DNA of 64,000 nucleotides from IMG/VR virus record IMGVR_UViG_3300033183_000491, positions 1 to 64,000 of that record; one strand, 5' to 3'. Shown piece by piece: positions 18,629 to 28,832 of this stretch (position 1 is its first letter; each line of letters starts with the position of its first letter). The notes under the pieces were generated by a model. It saw only the letters and a program-made list of their open reading frames with translations, ran no database searches and was not told where the DNA came from. The position numbers and the translations under genes were made by a program.

Positions 18629-19579
18629 TTGGAAAAAATAGAAATCACCAAAGAATTGTTAATTAAAAAATATTGGGAAGAAAATTTATCGCTTACAGAT
18701 ATTGCGAAAGATTTAGGCTGGTCTAGAAGACATATATATCAATGTATGAAAAATTTTGAAATCCCAAGAAGAAAGTTAAGTCAATCAAATAAAGGTTCCA
18801 AAAATAGTCAATATAAGTCTGGCGAATTTCGTGACAAACAAGTTTTAATCGAATTAATTGAAAAAAATATGTCGACCAGAGAAATAGCTGATTATTTAAA
18901 TATATCACATACTACGATTTCAAGACAATTAAGAAAGTTTGACTTAAAAACAAAAAGGTTTTTAAATCCTAATTATAAAAAAGGAATTGATCATCATTTA
19001 GTTACTGAAGAAACCATTAGAGAGAAAATATGCCCCATATGTAAAGGTAAAAAAGGAAGAAAATCTAAAGTTTGTATCAAATGTTACGATGTTTCAGGAA
19101 TCAACAATCCAAACTTTGGGAAAAAACATTCTGCCGAAACTAGAAAAAAAATGTCTGAAAGGATGATTGAACGCAGAAAATCAAAAAATTATATAGACCC
19201 GATGAAAAATCCAGAATACGTTAAAAAAATTAGAGTAACAAGGCTTAAAAGCATCGAAGAAAGATGTGGTCAAATTATGCCTAATTATAATCAAAGTTCA
19301 ATCCCTATTATTGAAAACTTTGGAAAAAACAATAATTTAAATTTTAAGCATGCAGAAAATGGAGGAGAATTTCACATTAAAGATCTTGGATATTTTTTAG
19401 ATGCATATGATGAAAAAAATAATGTAGTGTTAGAAATAGACGAAAAGTATCACTTTAATATAGATGGTAGTTTAAGAGAAAAAGATATAATTAGACAAAA
19501 AGAAATAATAGAATATCTTGGGTGTAAGTTTATTAGATATAATATCGAAACTAAGGAAGTTACTGTGTATGAACAATAA
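18629..19579 (+). mobile_element. Free-standing homing endonuclease (HTH + Zn ribbon + NUMOD3 + Vsr/DUF559-like nuclease)
   Basis: TTG start with AGGAG; CPIC..CIKC; FGKKHSAETRKKMSE (NUMOD3); YFLDAYD...LEIDEKYH...D..RQ..I...LGCKFIRY. Confidence 0.85.
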
Positions 19580-19949
19580 AGATAATTTATATAAATATAG
19601 TGCGTATGTAAAAGACGTTTATGATGGTGATACAATTACAGTTGATATTTCATTAGGGTTTCATGTTACCATGACAGATATTAAAGTTAGATTAGTTGGA
19701 ATTGATACTCCTGAAATTAGAACAAAAGACAAAGAAGAAAAGACAAAAGGTCTTGAAACAAGAGACTGGCTTAGAGAAAGAATCCTTGGAAAGAAAATAT
19801 TACTCCATACAAAAGAGAGAGGAAAATTTGGTAGATGGCTTGGAATGATCTGGAGTCTTGAAGAGGATAAACCTTTATTCGAAAACAGTTATAATAAACA
19901 ATTGATTAATGAAGGTTTCGCAAAAGAGTACTGGGGTGGCAAGAGATAA
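19569..19949 (+). CDS. Thermonuclease (SNase-like)
   Basis: VYDGDTI, VRLVGIDTPE and GKFGRWLG; start set to the ATG at 19569, overlapping the endonuclease stop. Confidence 0.9.
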   Translation: MNNKDNLYKYSAYVKDVYDGDTITVDISLGFHVTMTDIKVRLVGIDTPEIRTKDKEEKTKGLETRDWLRERILGKKILLHTKERGKFGRWLGMIWSLEEDKPLFENSYNKQLINEGFAKEYWGGKR

Positions 19950-19950
19950 G

Positions 19951-21699
19951 ATGATTTATAAAAATTATAAAATTAAAGACATTCTTTCAGAAAGATCTTT
20001 TGAATTAAAGTTTGAAGACGAATTTAAAAAAGACGAAAAAAATCTTGAAAACAATATTAACACATCAGAAATATCTTCTTTAAGTAATATCGATTTAATT
20101 GATTATTTTTGTAAAGATAAATCGATAAATGTAAAAATGAAAAATAATCAAAGTGTTAAATCTTTACAACATTTATTAAAAATATCTACACTGTTTAAGC
20201 TTACTGAAGAGTTTGATGATTCTCTTTTGGAATCTTATAAACTAAGTAAAATCTTGATCGAAAATAAAAAATCTAAATCTAAAAACGTAGAAGATTTTAT
20301 TCAAGATGTATCAAATTATCTAAGGCAATCTGTTTATTCTCCTAATTTAGATAACCCAAAAGAATTTTCATGTGATTATTTTCATATGATTTCGTCAAAA
20401 GAAAAAGACAAAACTATTGTTTTAATAGAAGTTTTTAATCTTTTAGATTTAATCAATGAAAGTAGTAGAGTAAGTAAATCTTTTGGCCATGTTTGTGAAG
20501 ATTTAGTTTGTTCAAGTTTTATAAATAATTACGAGTTTATTCCAAATAAAGAAAAACTTTATGTTTCAATATTATTAATGATTCTCAAAGAAGAAAATAA
20601 TCTTATAGATTTTTCTACTTTTGCTAACAAGCTAAAATCTCAGAATATAGTTTTTTATAAAACATTTTTAAATAAATATAAAAATACAATTTCTAGTTCT
20701 AACATTAAAGATATTCTAAATAATATTATACCAAATGGAAGACTAATAGACGCTAATAAAGAATTATACAAGAATTGTGAATTTGATTTTATTTTAGTAA
20801 ACGACAAAAACGAATCTTCTTTAATAGATTTAAAATCTCACAAAGAAAATTCAAGTAGCTTTTCTTCAAATACAATATCAGGGTCTGAGTCTGGATTTGC
20901 TTATGCAATTAAAACTTTATTAGATAAAAAAGAATATAAGGATTTAAAATTTAACTCTATATGCTTAATAAAGTTTGAAAGAAAAATTAACTCTTCATAC
21001 GATTTTGAGTTAGTCAAATCTGAAGTGAGAGTTTCTGATCTTGATAAAGACATGATAAGTTTATTTGAGAAAACTATTTCTAGTGAAAAGTCAAAAGAAA
21101 AAAAGACATTAAGTCTTAAAAATTGTAGTGTTATATCTTCAAAAGAAGATGAAGCTCCTAACTTTTTAGAAGACTTTGTTACAATAAGCAAAGAAACATT
21201 AGAAGAAATTCAAAGAAAGGAAGTTGATAAAATCAATTCAACTTTTGGATTAGATTCAGATTATAATATAACATTCGATAATATTACAGAAATAAATGAA
21301 AACAATTTGTTTGAAGTTAAAAATTCAATATATCAGATTCTTACAAAACTTAAAAAAGGTGATGAAGACGAATTATATTTTATTTTTAGTGACGAAAACA
21401 AAATAAAAGTTTTAGAATTTTTCACAAGATCTAAAATTTACGATGGAACAAAAGATGGATTATCTGGTGAAGGAAAATTAATAAATTTATCTAAAAGAGA
21501 AAACTTCACTAAAAGAAGTTTAATTTCGATTATTAGTAAAACGATCTTTAATGATGAAAATAAATATTCTAACTTAATAAATGCTATATCAATTTTAGAT
21601 ATTAACTTATCAAATTCAGGCCAAGTATCGAGTGGAAATCAAACTTATTCTACTGAAAGGTGTGAAAGAGAATTTAATAGAATAAGAGAAGAATTATAA
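19951..21699 (+). CDS. Large hypothetical protein with a possible PD-(D/E)XK motif
   Basis: EFDFILV...LIDLKS; start reassigned to the ATG directly after the SNase stop. Confidence 0.55.
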   Translation: MIYKNYKIKDILSERSFELKFEDEFKKDEKNLENNINTSEISSLSNIDLIDYFCKDKSINVKMKNNQSVKSLQHLLKISTLFKLTEEFDDSLLESYKLSKILIENKKSKSKNVEDFIQDVSNYLRQSVYSPNLDNPKEFSCDYFHMISSKEKDKTIVLIEVFNLLDLINESSRVSKSFGHVCEDLVCSSFINNYEFIPNKEKLYVSILLMILKEENNLIDFSTFANKLKSQNIVFYKTFLNKYKNTISSSNIKDILNNIIPNGRLIDANKELYKNCEFDFILVNDKNESSLIDLKSHKENSSSFSSNTISGSESGFAYAIKTLLDKKEYKDLKFNSICLIKFERKINSSYDFELVKSEVRVSDLDKDMISLFEKTISSEKSKEKKTLSLKNCSVISSKEDEAPNFLEDFVTISKETLEEIQRKEVDKINSTFGLDSDYNITFDNITEINENNLFEVKNSIYQILTKLKKGDEDELYFIFSDENKIKVLEFFTRSKIYDGTKDGLSGEGKLINLSKRENFTKRSLISIISKTIFNDENKYSNLINAISILDINLSNSGQVSSGNQTYSTERCEREFNRIREEL

Positions 21700-21701
21700 T
21701 A

Positions 21702-22976
21702 TTATCTGTTAATATCAAAGTCTAGTATAACAATATTATTTGGTGAATATTTGTCTGATGGTCTTATACCAATATTTCTAGAGTCTAGATCTTTTGTATT
21801 AATATATGAAAATGATTTTTTAAAAATTAAAAAGTCACGTCCTGGTTTTATATTTTCATTAAAATTTTGATCATTAAATTCTAAATCTAAAATGTTTGAT
21901 AAATTAATTTTTATATCTTTTAAAAACTTTTGATATGAATCATCAGTTTTAATTTCTTTTGAATAATCAATTAGAGTTTGTGTAACTAATGACTTAAACT
22001 GGAATGAATCATTAATAGAAAACGATGTTACTTTATCAAATGTCGGAAATAATTTTTTTAATACGTTTAGATCATTGATTAAATTAAGAGGAATAACTTT
22101 TTCACATATTATCCAAACAGGGTTAGTATTTTGTTTATCATAATCATAAACATTAACAAAAATACTTTGAGCTGATTTTCCATGTATCCCTTTAGATATA
22201 TCAACTTCGTTTGAATTTGTAATTAATCCTTTATTTTTCTTAGCAATCTTTATAACAAAAAAATCATTATCAGAAAAATAAACTTTTCTTTCTGCACCTT
22301 CATTAGTTTCAGACGAAAAAAATCCTAAATTGTTTAAAATATCTTCAGATTGTTTTATATAAAAATCATAAAAAGATCTAAATAATAAAAATTCATTTTG
22401 TAATTTAGGAATTACTTTTTTTAAATCATTGTCAAGAAACAAATTAAAATAACAAGACAAATAAATTTTATCTTCATCAGACAATAGACTTTTATCAATA
22501 GATTTTAAAGTAATATCTGAAGTTTTTAATCTTAGAAGAATATCATATAAATCATAATCATTAATAGATTTAGTATTTAAAAGAGAAAAATCTATATTAT
22601 TTACTAAATCTTTTTTAACTTGACTTGTTAATTTTCTAAGTAATTTAAATTTTTCATGTGGATTTAATGATTTAAATAGATCTAAATAATTAATATTTAT
22701 ATTATTTAAAGACCTTGAAATCTCTGTAATTTTATTTGATGATAAACTTGTATAATTTTCATTTAATTCAGAAATATAATTTAATAATTTTTTATATACA
22801 TGATGATTAATTTCATTTACATCTTCATTTGCATATCTTGCCCTAACAGCAGATTTTGCTTTTTCTTTAGACGTATGACAAGATAATTTTTTATTATCAC
22901 CTTTTTTAGTAATAATAAACTTACCTTTATTTCCGCTAGAGTCTTTACAATTCTTTTTTTTAATAGAGTAAGGCAT
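21702..22976 (-). CDS. Protein-kinase-like fold protein (paralog of 14692-15753)
   Basis: EGAERKVY, VIKIA, NSNE, KDLDSRNIG and IVILDFD; shares YDYD...NPVWI..EKV with its paralog. Confidence 0.65.
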   Translation of the reverse strand: MPYSIKKKNCKDSSGNKGKFIITKKGDNKKLSCHTSKEKAKSAVRARYANEDVNEINHHVYKKLLNYISELNENYTSLSSNKITEISRSLNNININYLDLFKSLNPHEKFKLLRKLTSQVKKDLVNNIDFSLLNTKSINDYDLYDILLRLKTSDITLKSIDKSLLSDEDKIYLSCYFNLFLDNDLKKVIPKLQNEFLLFRSFYDFYIKQSEDILNNLGFFSSETNEGAERKVYFSDNDFFVIKIAKKNKGLITNSNEVDISKGIHGKSAQSIFVNVYDYDKQNTNPVWIICEKVIPLNLINDLNVLKKLFPTFDKVTSFSINDSFQFKSLVTQTLIDYSKEIKTDDSYQKFLKDIKINLSNILDLEFNDQNFNENIKPGRDFLIFKKSFSYINTKDLDSRNIGIRPSDKYSPNNIVILDFDINR

Positions 22977-22980
22977 TGTA

Positions 22981-23292
22981 TTAAATTACCTTTCTTATAC
23001 TTTCTCTAATATCAGATTCAGATATTTCATTGTCCATACATAATTTAGATATTTTTGAACTTAAATAATTTGTAACTGTTTCTAAATCTGCACTACTCTT
23101 TGCTAATTTATAATGACACCATTGTGGTAAATCATCTTCGTCATTTAAGACTGTGTATAGATTATACAGATCTCTTGCCATTGTTAGCAAAGTTAATTTT
23201 GCCATATGGCCTTCTCTTGAGTCTGATTTTATTTTTCCATAATCTAAATTTCTGCCATTCATAATGATTTTTCCTTTTATGTTAATTTTCAC
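22981..23292 (-). CDS. Hypothetical protein
   Basis: ORF track; helical GHMAK...DDLPQW module. Confidence 0.6.
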   Translation of the reverse strand: MKINIKGKIIMNGRNLDYGKIKSDSREGHMAKLTLLTMARDLYNLYTVLNDEDDLPQWCHYKLAKSSADLETVTNYLSSKISKLCMDNEISESDIRESIRKVI

Positions 23293-25027
23293 ATGGTAAT
23301 ATTAAACATGATGATCTAGGAAGATTCGATTCCATAGCTTCTTCACAAGAGTTTGCTAAAGATAATTCAGGAGCCCAACTCCAAGTATTCATCATTATAT
23401 ATCCTGAATGTGTTGGAAATCCATTTAATGTATAAGTAATGATTTCTGATAGTTTTACATATCTGCTTGTTTGTCTAAAAAATATTCCAAATCTTCCTCT
23501 TGGAATATATCCACTATAACTAAACGTTGTCGAACTACTGCTTGAATCAACAATTGTTTGTGAAATACTTTCACTATTTCCTTCCGTAACAACCTTACCA
23601 CTACTACTACTCTCAGACATATTCCAAACCCTACCAGAGGATAAGGAAAATGACTCTGTTAATGAGTTTGATGTAGAACTTGATAAAACATATGCCCCAG
23701 ATAAAGAGTGACTTCTAGAATCATTCTGTGAACTTCCATAAGATCTACCACTTTGTGAAGATCCTCCTGTAGAATATCCTCTACTATTTGTATTAGATTG
23801 ACTTTCTCCTGAAGTGTTTGTTTCTCCCCAATTTCTTGAAACACCTGCTGATACATCAACTTTTCCACTAGCTTTAGCTAAAAATGGTAATGATCCTTCT
23901 CCACTTACACCTACTGTTGTCGAAGCATTAACTCCTGTATTTGTATTATTGCTTTGAGATTGACTTTGCGTTTCTGAATTTGATTCACCTAATGACCAAG
24001 CCCAGTTTTCTCCGTCTGTAGTATTAAATGATATATTATTAGACTCTGACTCTGAATTTGTCGTAGTATAAGAATCTGATTGAGTTTCTGAATTAGACAT
24101 GGACGAAGACAAAACTGTAGATTCTGTTTGTCCTATAGATATTCCTTCTGATGTCGATATACTATTACTATTAGAAAAACTATCAGACCAACTTTTATTT
24201 ATATTAATAGATACGCTATTTTGTCTTGTTTCTGATTCTGATTCTGAATATTGAACATTACTTCCAACAGATCCTGGAATACATCCTGTAACTGGGACAG
24301 GTTCAAATATTTCAGCTAATTCATACTTTCCAAAATGTTTTATTTCTAAAGGTCTTACAACTTTAAATGGTAATTTAGTAATAGCAGAGTTACCATCATT
24401 ATCAGACGCAGTTATTTCTAATAAAGCAATATAATATGAAATGTCATCTGGGACTTTTTCTAAGACTATATTTTCTAAAATATCATTATCGACAGCTGAA
24501 TTGAATTTATGATTAAATTCATAACTGTTATAAGGAGTTGTAATTAAATAATTTATTTCTATTGCTGGTATTTTTAAAATATTAATTGATATATTATTAG
24601 GTAATAGATTTATAACATTACCGCTAAGTGTATCACAATTTTCTGTATGACAAAATTTATTTATAATAATCGAAGAATCTATATTAATATTAAATTCTTG
24701 ATTTATTTTTTCTTCGTAATTGTCAATGTCACAAGATAATTTATAATTTTCATATGAAGGAATATCTAAATTTAGAAATCTATTTATTATAAATTTGTCA
24801 TTTTCTCTTGATAAATAATAATCTTCAATACTGGAATTATTTCTAGAGTTTTTTAAAGAACATTTTATTTCATTAATATTAATGTCTTTATTTATTATAT
24901 TAAATTCTACTCTTTCTCCAGAAGTGAGTGAATTATTCTTTAACTCTAGTATTTGATTACTACTGTAATAAGCTTCTGAACAAGAAAGAGACAATAAAGA
25001 TATTAAGACTAATAAAATATTTTTCAT
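23282..25027 (-). CDS. Lipoprotein with a long Ser/Thr-rich beta-strand region (aerolysin/ETX-like candidate)
   Basis: Lipobox LSLSC; alternating S/T strands around TTVGVSGEGSLPFLAKASGKVDVSAGVS; YSGYIPRG..FFRQT. Confidence 0.55.
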   Translation of the reverse strand: MKNILLVLISLLSLSCSEAYYSSNQILELKNNSLTSGERVEFNIINKDININEIKCSLKNSRNNSSIEDYYLSRENDKFIINRFLNLDIPSYENYKLSCDIDNYEEKINQEFNINIDSSIIINKFCHTENCDTLSGNVINLLPNNISINILKIPAIEINYLITTPYNSYEFNHKFNSAVDNDILENIVLEKVPDDISYYIALLEITASDNDGNSAITKLPFKVVRPLEIKHFGKYELAEIFEPVPVTGCIPGSVGSNVQYSESESETRQNSVSININKSWSDSFSNSNSISTSEGISIGQTESTVLSSSMSNSETQSDSYTTTNSESESNNISFNTTDGENWAWSLGESNSETQSQSQSNNTNTGVNASTTVGVSGEGSLPFLAKASGKVDVSAGVSRNWGETNTSGESQSNTNSRGYSTGGSSQSGRSYGSSQNDSRSHSLSGAYVLSSSTSNSLTESFSLSSGRVWNMSESSSSGKVVTEGNSESISQTIVDSSSSSTTFSYSGYIPRGRFGIFFRQTSRYVKLSEIITYTLNGFPTHSGYIMMNTWSWAPELSLANSCEEAMESNLPRSSCLILPCEN

Positions 25028-25236
25028 TAAATTTCTTCTTCACACTTTTCTGTATGTTTGTAACTTTGCATTTTACACCAATTTAAAACAATAGATGTCT
25101 GTAGATCACTTAGTCCAAATTCAGACATAAGAATTAAGTGATTTAATTTACAACATTCATCGAACTCTTTTTTAGTAAAGTCTTGATTAGAAAAAGCTTT
25201 AGCTATAATCAGAATAATTTCGTCTTTTTTTTGCAT
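25027..25236 (-). CDS. Hypothetical protein
   Basis: ORF track; AAGGA upstream. Confidence 0.5.
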   Translation of the reverse strand: MQKKDEIILIIAKAFSNQDFTKKEFDECCKLNHLILMSEFGLSDLQTSIVLNWCKMQSYKHTEKCEEEI

Positions 25237-25388
25237 AATAATTATTTTCCTTATTAATTTTATAATCTATGTGATTATTGTCTTTTTTATAATTATTATG
25301 ATTTTTATCTGATTTATTAATACTTTCTACATTTCTTTTTTTCTTGAATACAAAAATATTCTTTAAGAGAAAAAACCAATCGCTCCAC

Positions 25389-25721
25389 TCAGTCCTGTTC
25401 AATTTTCTTTTTCCTTCTAGATCTTCTCTTTTTAGGAGTAACGACTTTTTCAGGAATGTCTTCTGGGGGTTTTTCAATTTGTTTTGGTTTTTCTAATACA
25501 GTATTATTAATTTCATCTTTAACCTGAAGATTTGATTGTTCTTCAATTTTAGATTTAATACTTTCAAATAATACTTCACTAGGAGGCATAACACCTTTAT
25601 TTCTAAAGATTTCTGAAATGCTTCTGTAATTAAGTTCTTTGTTTTTCAATAGGTAATTGTATAAACTAAAATTTTTCCTTTTACAGAACAAACTGAAGTT
25701 TATTAGATATCTGTCATTCAT
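25389..25721 (-). CDS. Hypothetical protein with basic C-terminal tail
   Basis: ORF track; overlap coupling with the upstream gene. Confidence 0.6.
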   Translation of the reverse strand: MNDRYLINFSLFCKRKNFSLYNYLLKNKELNYRSISEIFRNKGVMPPSEVLFESIKSKIEEQSNLQVKDEINNTVLEKPKQIEKPPEDIPEKVVTPKKRRSRRKKKIEQD

Positions 25722-25972
25722 TGTTTTCTCTTTAATAATTCTATTACAGACTCCTGAAATTGTGGAGACTTTGCAATATTAAATATTTCTTCTTCAGAAT
25801 GTTTGAGATCATATTTTTTTGAAATGTTTGAAGCGATCTTTACAAATGATCTATTAATAATATTTCTAACAGTTGAATGGTTCATTTTATCTCCATCATC
25901 TGTCATTACTTTAGCAATGTCATGAAGACCAAGACCAACATTTTTAACAGTAACATATTTTTTATTTTTCAA
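25718..25972 (-). CDS. HTH protein resembling sigma region 4.2
   Basis: LHDIAKVM...[16 protein letters not shown] resembles TLEEIG...SRERVRQIE.KAL.KL; overlaps the sigma stop by 11 nt. Confidence 0.6.
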   Translation of the reverse strand: MKNKKYVTVKNVGLGLHDIAKVMTDDGDKMNHSTVRNIINRSFVKIASNISKKYDLKHSEEEIFNIAKSPQFQESVIELLKRKQ

Positions 25973-26711
25973 GATATTCTCTCATTTCATCAGTAACTGG
26001 GAATTTATTAAAATTGTCATCATTATTATTAATACCAAATCGAAGTCTAATAATTTTTTCTTCTTTTGGTGTTAAAAGACTTAAACTCTCTTCGACGATC
26101 TTGTTTAATTCTTTATTTTCTAGAGTTTGTGCAGGATTAGAAAATTCTGATTCATCTTCAACTTTATCAAGTAAACTTAAACTCTCATCATCTTTTTTAT
26201 TATAAATAGACATAATTTGTTTATTAGACTTAAGAGTATATTTAACCTTTTTTACAGGTTCATCAATTAATTTAGAAATTTCTTCTAGTGTAGGATTTCT
26301 TCCATTTTCATCTTCAAATCCTGCAATTTCTTTTTTAATTTTTGCATTTAACAGTCTTGAGTGTGTTGGGACTTTAATATTAGAAGAATTTTCATTAATA
26401 TATTGTAAAGCTGCCTGTTTAATCCACCAACATGCATAAGTACTAAATTTAAACCCTAATTCAGGATCAAACTTATTAACAGCTTTCAATAATCCAATTG
26501 TACTTTCTTGAAGTAAGTCTTCAAAGTCAAGATCTTGCCTGTGATATTTTTTAGCAATAGAAATAACAAGACGAAGATTAGATTCTACTAGCTTTTTCTT
26601 TGCAGATTCATCTCCTTTTTTAATTCTTCTTGATAATTCAATTTCTTGTTTTTTGGTTAGTAAAGGATTTGCCTTGATAATTTTTGAATATTCTGCGCTA
26701 ACAATAGCCAT
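25962..26711 (-). CDS. Sigma-70 family RNA polymerase sigma factor lacking region 4.2
   Basis: [52 protein letters not shown], region 3 PTLEEIS, region 4.1 [15 protein letters not shown], then ends. Confidence 0.92.
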   Translation of the reverse strand: MAIVSAEYSKIIKANPLLTKKQEIELSRRIKKGDESAKKKLVESNLRLVISIAKKYHRQDLDFEDLLQESTIGLLKAVNKFDPELGFKFSTYACWWIKQAALQYINENSSNIKVPTHSRLLNAKIKKEIAGFEDENGRNPTLEEISKLIDEPVKKVKYTLKSNKQIMSIYNKKDDESLSLLDKVEDESEFSNPAQTLENKELNKIVEESLSLLTPKEEKIIRLRFGINNNDDNFNKFPVTDEMREYLEK

Positions 26712-26745
26712 TCAATTTCCTTTTTGTAAAGTATAATTTTTATAA

Positions 26746-26774
26746 ATTATATTATATGTCAATTATAATTACAC
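26746..26774 (-). promoter_or_regulatory. Promoter GTGTAA-N17-TATAAT
   Basis: Exact motif upstream of the sigma gene. Confidence 0.75.
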
Positions 26775-26952
26775 GCCGGGGTTCTTTTGGTGTATTATCT
26801 ATCTTATCGTTAAGATTATAATCATAAGGATTAGGTAATTCAATCCTTAACATACGATCATTTTCTTCTCTAGTTTGTTGATCTATTTTATCTTGAATTG
26901 TTTTCTTAATTAATAGATCAGTTAAAACATCTTTATCTAACTTAGAAGACAT
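26752..26952 (-). CDS. Hypothetical protein
   Basis: GGAGG SD; ORF track. Confidence 0.6.
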   Translation of the reverse strand: MSSKLDKDVLTDLLIKKTIQDKIDQQTREENDRMLRIELPNPYDYNLNDKIDNTPKEPRRVIIIDI

Positions 26953-26979
26953 AACTTCCTCCTGATAATTGTACCTATA

Positions 26980-28611
26980 TTAATACATATCATCAGATAG
27001 TTGAACTAGCTGGACTCCTGCATGTGAATCATTTGTATTTAATACGATACATCCTACTGACAGGAGACTATTACATACACTTACTGCATTTGAAATTGCT
27101 GTTGCTGTTACTTTTTGTGGATCAATAATTCCTTTATCAATCATATCAACATAACTTTCAGTCCTAACGTCATAACCATAATTCCAGTCAGGATTATTCT
27201 TGATCATTTCAATAATATAATCAACAGGTTTATCACCATTATGCAAGATCTTTCTTAAAGGTGAAATACAAGCATCAGAAACGATTTTTGAAACTGTGCT
27301 ATCTAATAATGATTCTTCTTCATTATCTTCTAACAATTTAATCCCTGCACGCGCTAAAGCAATTCCACCTCCTGGTAAGAATCCACTTTCAATAGCAGCT
27401 TTTGTTGCATGAAGTGCATCATCAATTCTATCAACTAATTCAAGGAGTTCTGATTCTGTATGTGCTCCAATTGATAGAACAGCTACAACTCCCTTGTTAA
27501 TAATAAGACGTTGCTTATAGAATACTTCTTCTTCTTTTGTAATAGTTTTATCTTCTAACTTCTTTTCAATATCTTTAGAAATCTCGTCAGAATTTTCACA
27601 TGAAGCACATTCAACAAACAATGTCGTATCATGATTAGTTTCAATTTTCTTACAAGAACCTAGATCTGAAAGAACTGTGTTTGATATCTCTTTTTCATCT
27701 AAGTCATAGAAAACTTTTGTTCCTAATGCTTTTGATAGATCAGTTAAGATTTGATTTCTTTTTTCACCATAAAAAGGTGACCTAACTGCACAAACTTGCA
27801 ACATTCCTTTTGAAACATTTGCCAACAACGACTGGATTGTTTCTTGTTCATAATCATTTGCAATCAAGAACAAAGGTTTTCCAGTTTGATGGACTTTTTC
27901 AAGAATAGGAAGAATCTGTGTAAGAGAATTTAACTTACAAGACATAATCATCACAAGAGGATCATCCAAAATGGTTTTAGATTTCTCATTATCATTAATA
28001 AAATAAGGAGAAACATATCCTCGATCAATCTTAACACCTCTTACAAGTTTAAGTTCTGTACTAGTTGTTTTTGATTTTTCAACAGTTACCAGACCAGAAG
28101 TTCCAACTTCAAGCATCGCATTAGCAATTAAATCACCAATATATTCATCACCATTAGCTGAAATGGTTGCTACTTGTTTGATTTCTTCATTAGAAGAAAC
28201 CTTTTTTGATTTTTCACTTAGAATATCAATAACATCAGAGACCTTTTTATTAAGGTAACTTGTAATTTCAGATGGTGATCCGATTCCTGTCTGTAAAGCT
28301 TGTGATGCTCTAAAATATAGTTCTTTAGCAAGGACTGTTGATGTTGTACTACCATCTCCAGCAACTGTTGCTGTATTTTCACTCGCTTGTTTAAGTAATT
28401 TTGCTCCTAGATCTTCAACTCGGTTATTTAAAACAATACTTTTCGCTACAGTTGCTCCGTCTTTTGTTAAGTGAGGAGGCTCGTTGTTTTTCTCAATAAG
28501 AACTAGCTTTCCTCTAGGACCCATTGTAATTGATACAGCATCACAAAGTTTTTTGACTCCACTTTTAAGAAGTGATTGTGCTTCAGCATCAAAATAAATT
28601 AAATCAGACAT
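26980..28611 (-). CDS. groEL: Group I chaperonin GroEL
   Basis: TMGPRG, TKDGATVAK, GDGSTT, ISANGD, DRGYVSPYF, PGGG and IIDP. Confidence 0.95.
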   Translation of the reverse strand: MSDLIYFDAEAQSLLKSGVKKLCDAVSITMGPRGKLVLIEKNNEPPHLTKDGATVAKSIVLNNRVEDLGAKLLKQASENTATVAGDGSTTSTVLAKELYFRASQALQTGIGSPSEITSYLNKKVSDVIDILSEKSKKVSSNEEIKQVATISANGDEYIGDLIANAMLEVGTSGLVTVEKSKTTSTELKLVRGVKIDRGYVSPYFINDNEKSKTILDDPLVMIMSCKLNSLTQILPILEKVHQTGKPLFLIANDYEQETIQSLLANVSKGMLQVCAVRSPFYGEKRNQILTDLSKALGTKVFYDLDEKEISNTVLSDLGSCKKIETNHDTTLFVECASCENSDEISKDIEKKLEDKTITKEEEVFYKQRLIINKGVVAVLSIGAHTESELLELVDRIDDALHATKAAIESGFLPGGGIALARAGIKLLEDNEEESLLDSTVSKIVSDACISPLRKILHNGDKPVDYIIEMIKNNPDWNYGYDVRTESYVDMIDKGIIDPQKVTATAISNAVSVCNSLLSVGCIVLNTNDSHAGVQLVQLSDDMY

Positions 28612-28613
28612 TT

Positions 28614-28832
28614 TTATCCTTTAAGAAGTGTTTTACTAGAATTACTTACAGTTGACTCATTTTGATTCATAGAAGTAATAGTTGTTCTATCAATCATTCT
28701 TTTTTCATTAGTCAATACGTCTTTTGCAAAATAAAGATCTCCTGATTGAATCGCTACTTCATTCTCAGAAATTACGTTTTTATTTCTTAGTTCGACTAAA
28801 ATATTATTTGGAAGTACAGACTCAGTTGTCAT
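28614..28832 (-). CDS. Hypothetical protein
   Basis: ORF track; no GroES motifs. Confidence 0.55.
   Translation of the reverse strand: MTTESVLPNNILVELRNKNVISENEVAIQSGDLYFAKDVLTNEKRMIDRTTITSMNQNESTVSNSSKTLLKG

Noticed and set aside
18508-19949. Group I intron in the thermonuclease gene
   Set aside because: The downstream gene has its own complete N-terminus, and the short non-coding flanks leave no room for an intron core.
25199-25477. 92-aa ORF overlapping two neighbours
   Set aside because: Long overlaps on both sides and low-complexity Asn/Lys content. A shorter TTG-started version is possible but unsupported.
28614-28832. GroES next to groEL
   Set aside because: No PLxDRV or mobile-loop GGI motif, and the length and composition do not fit.
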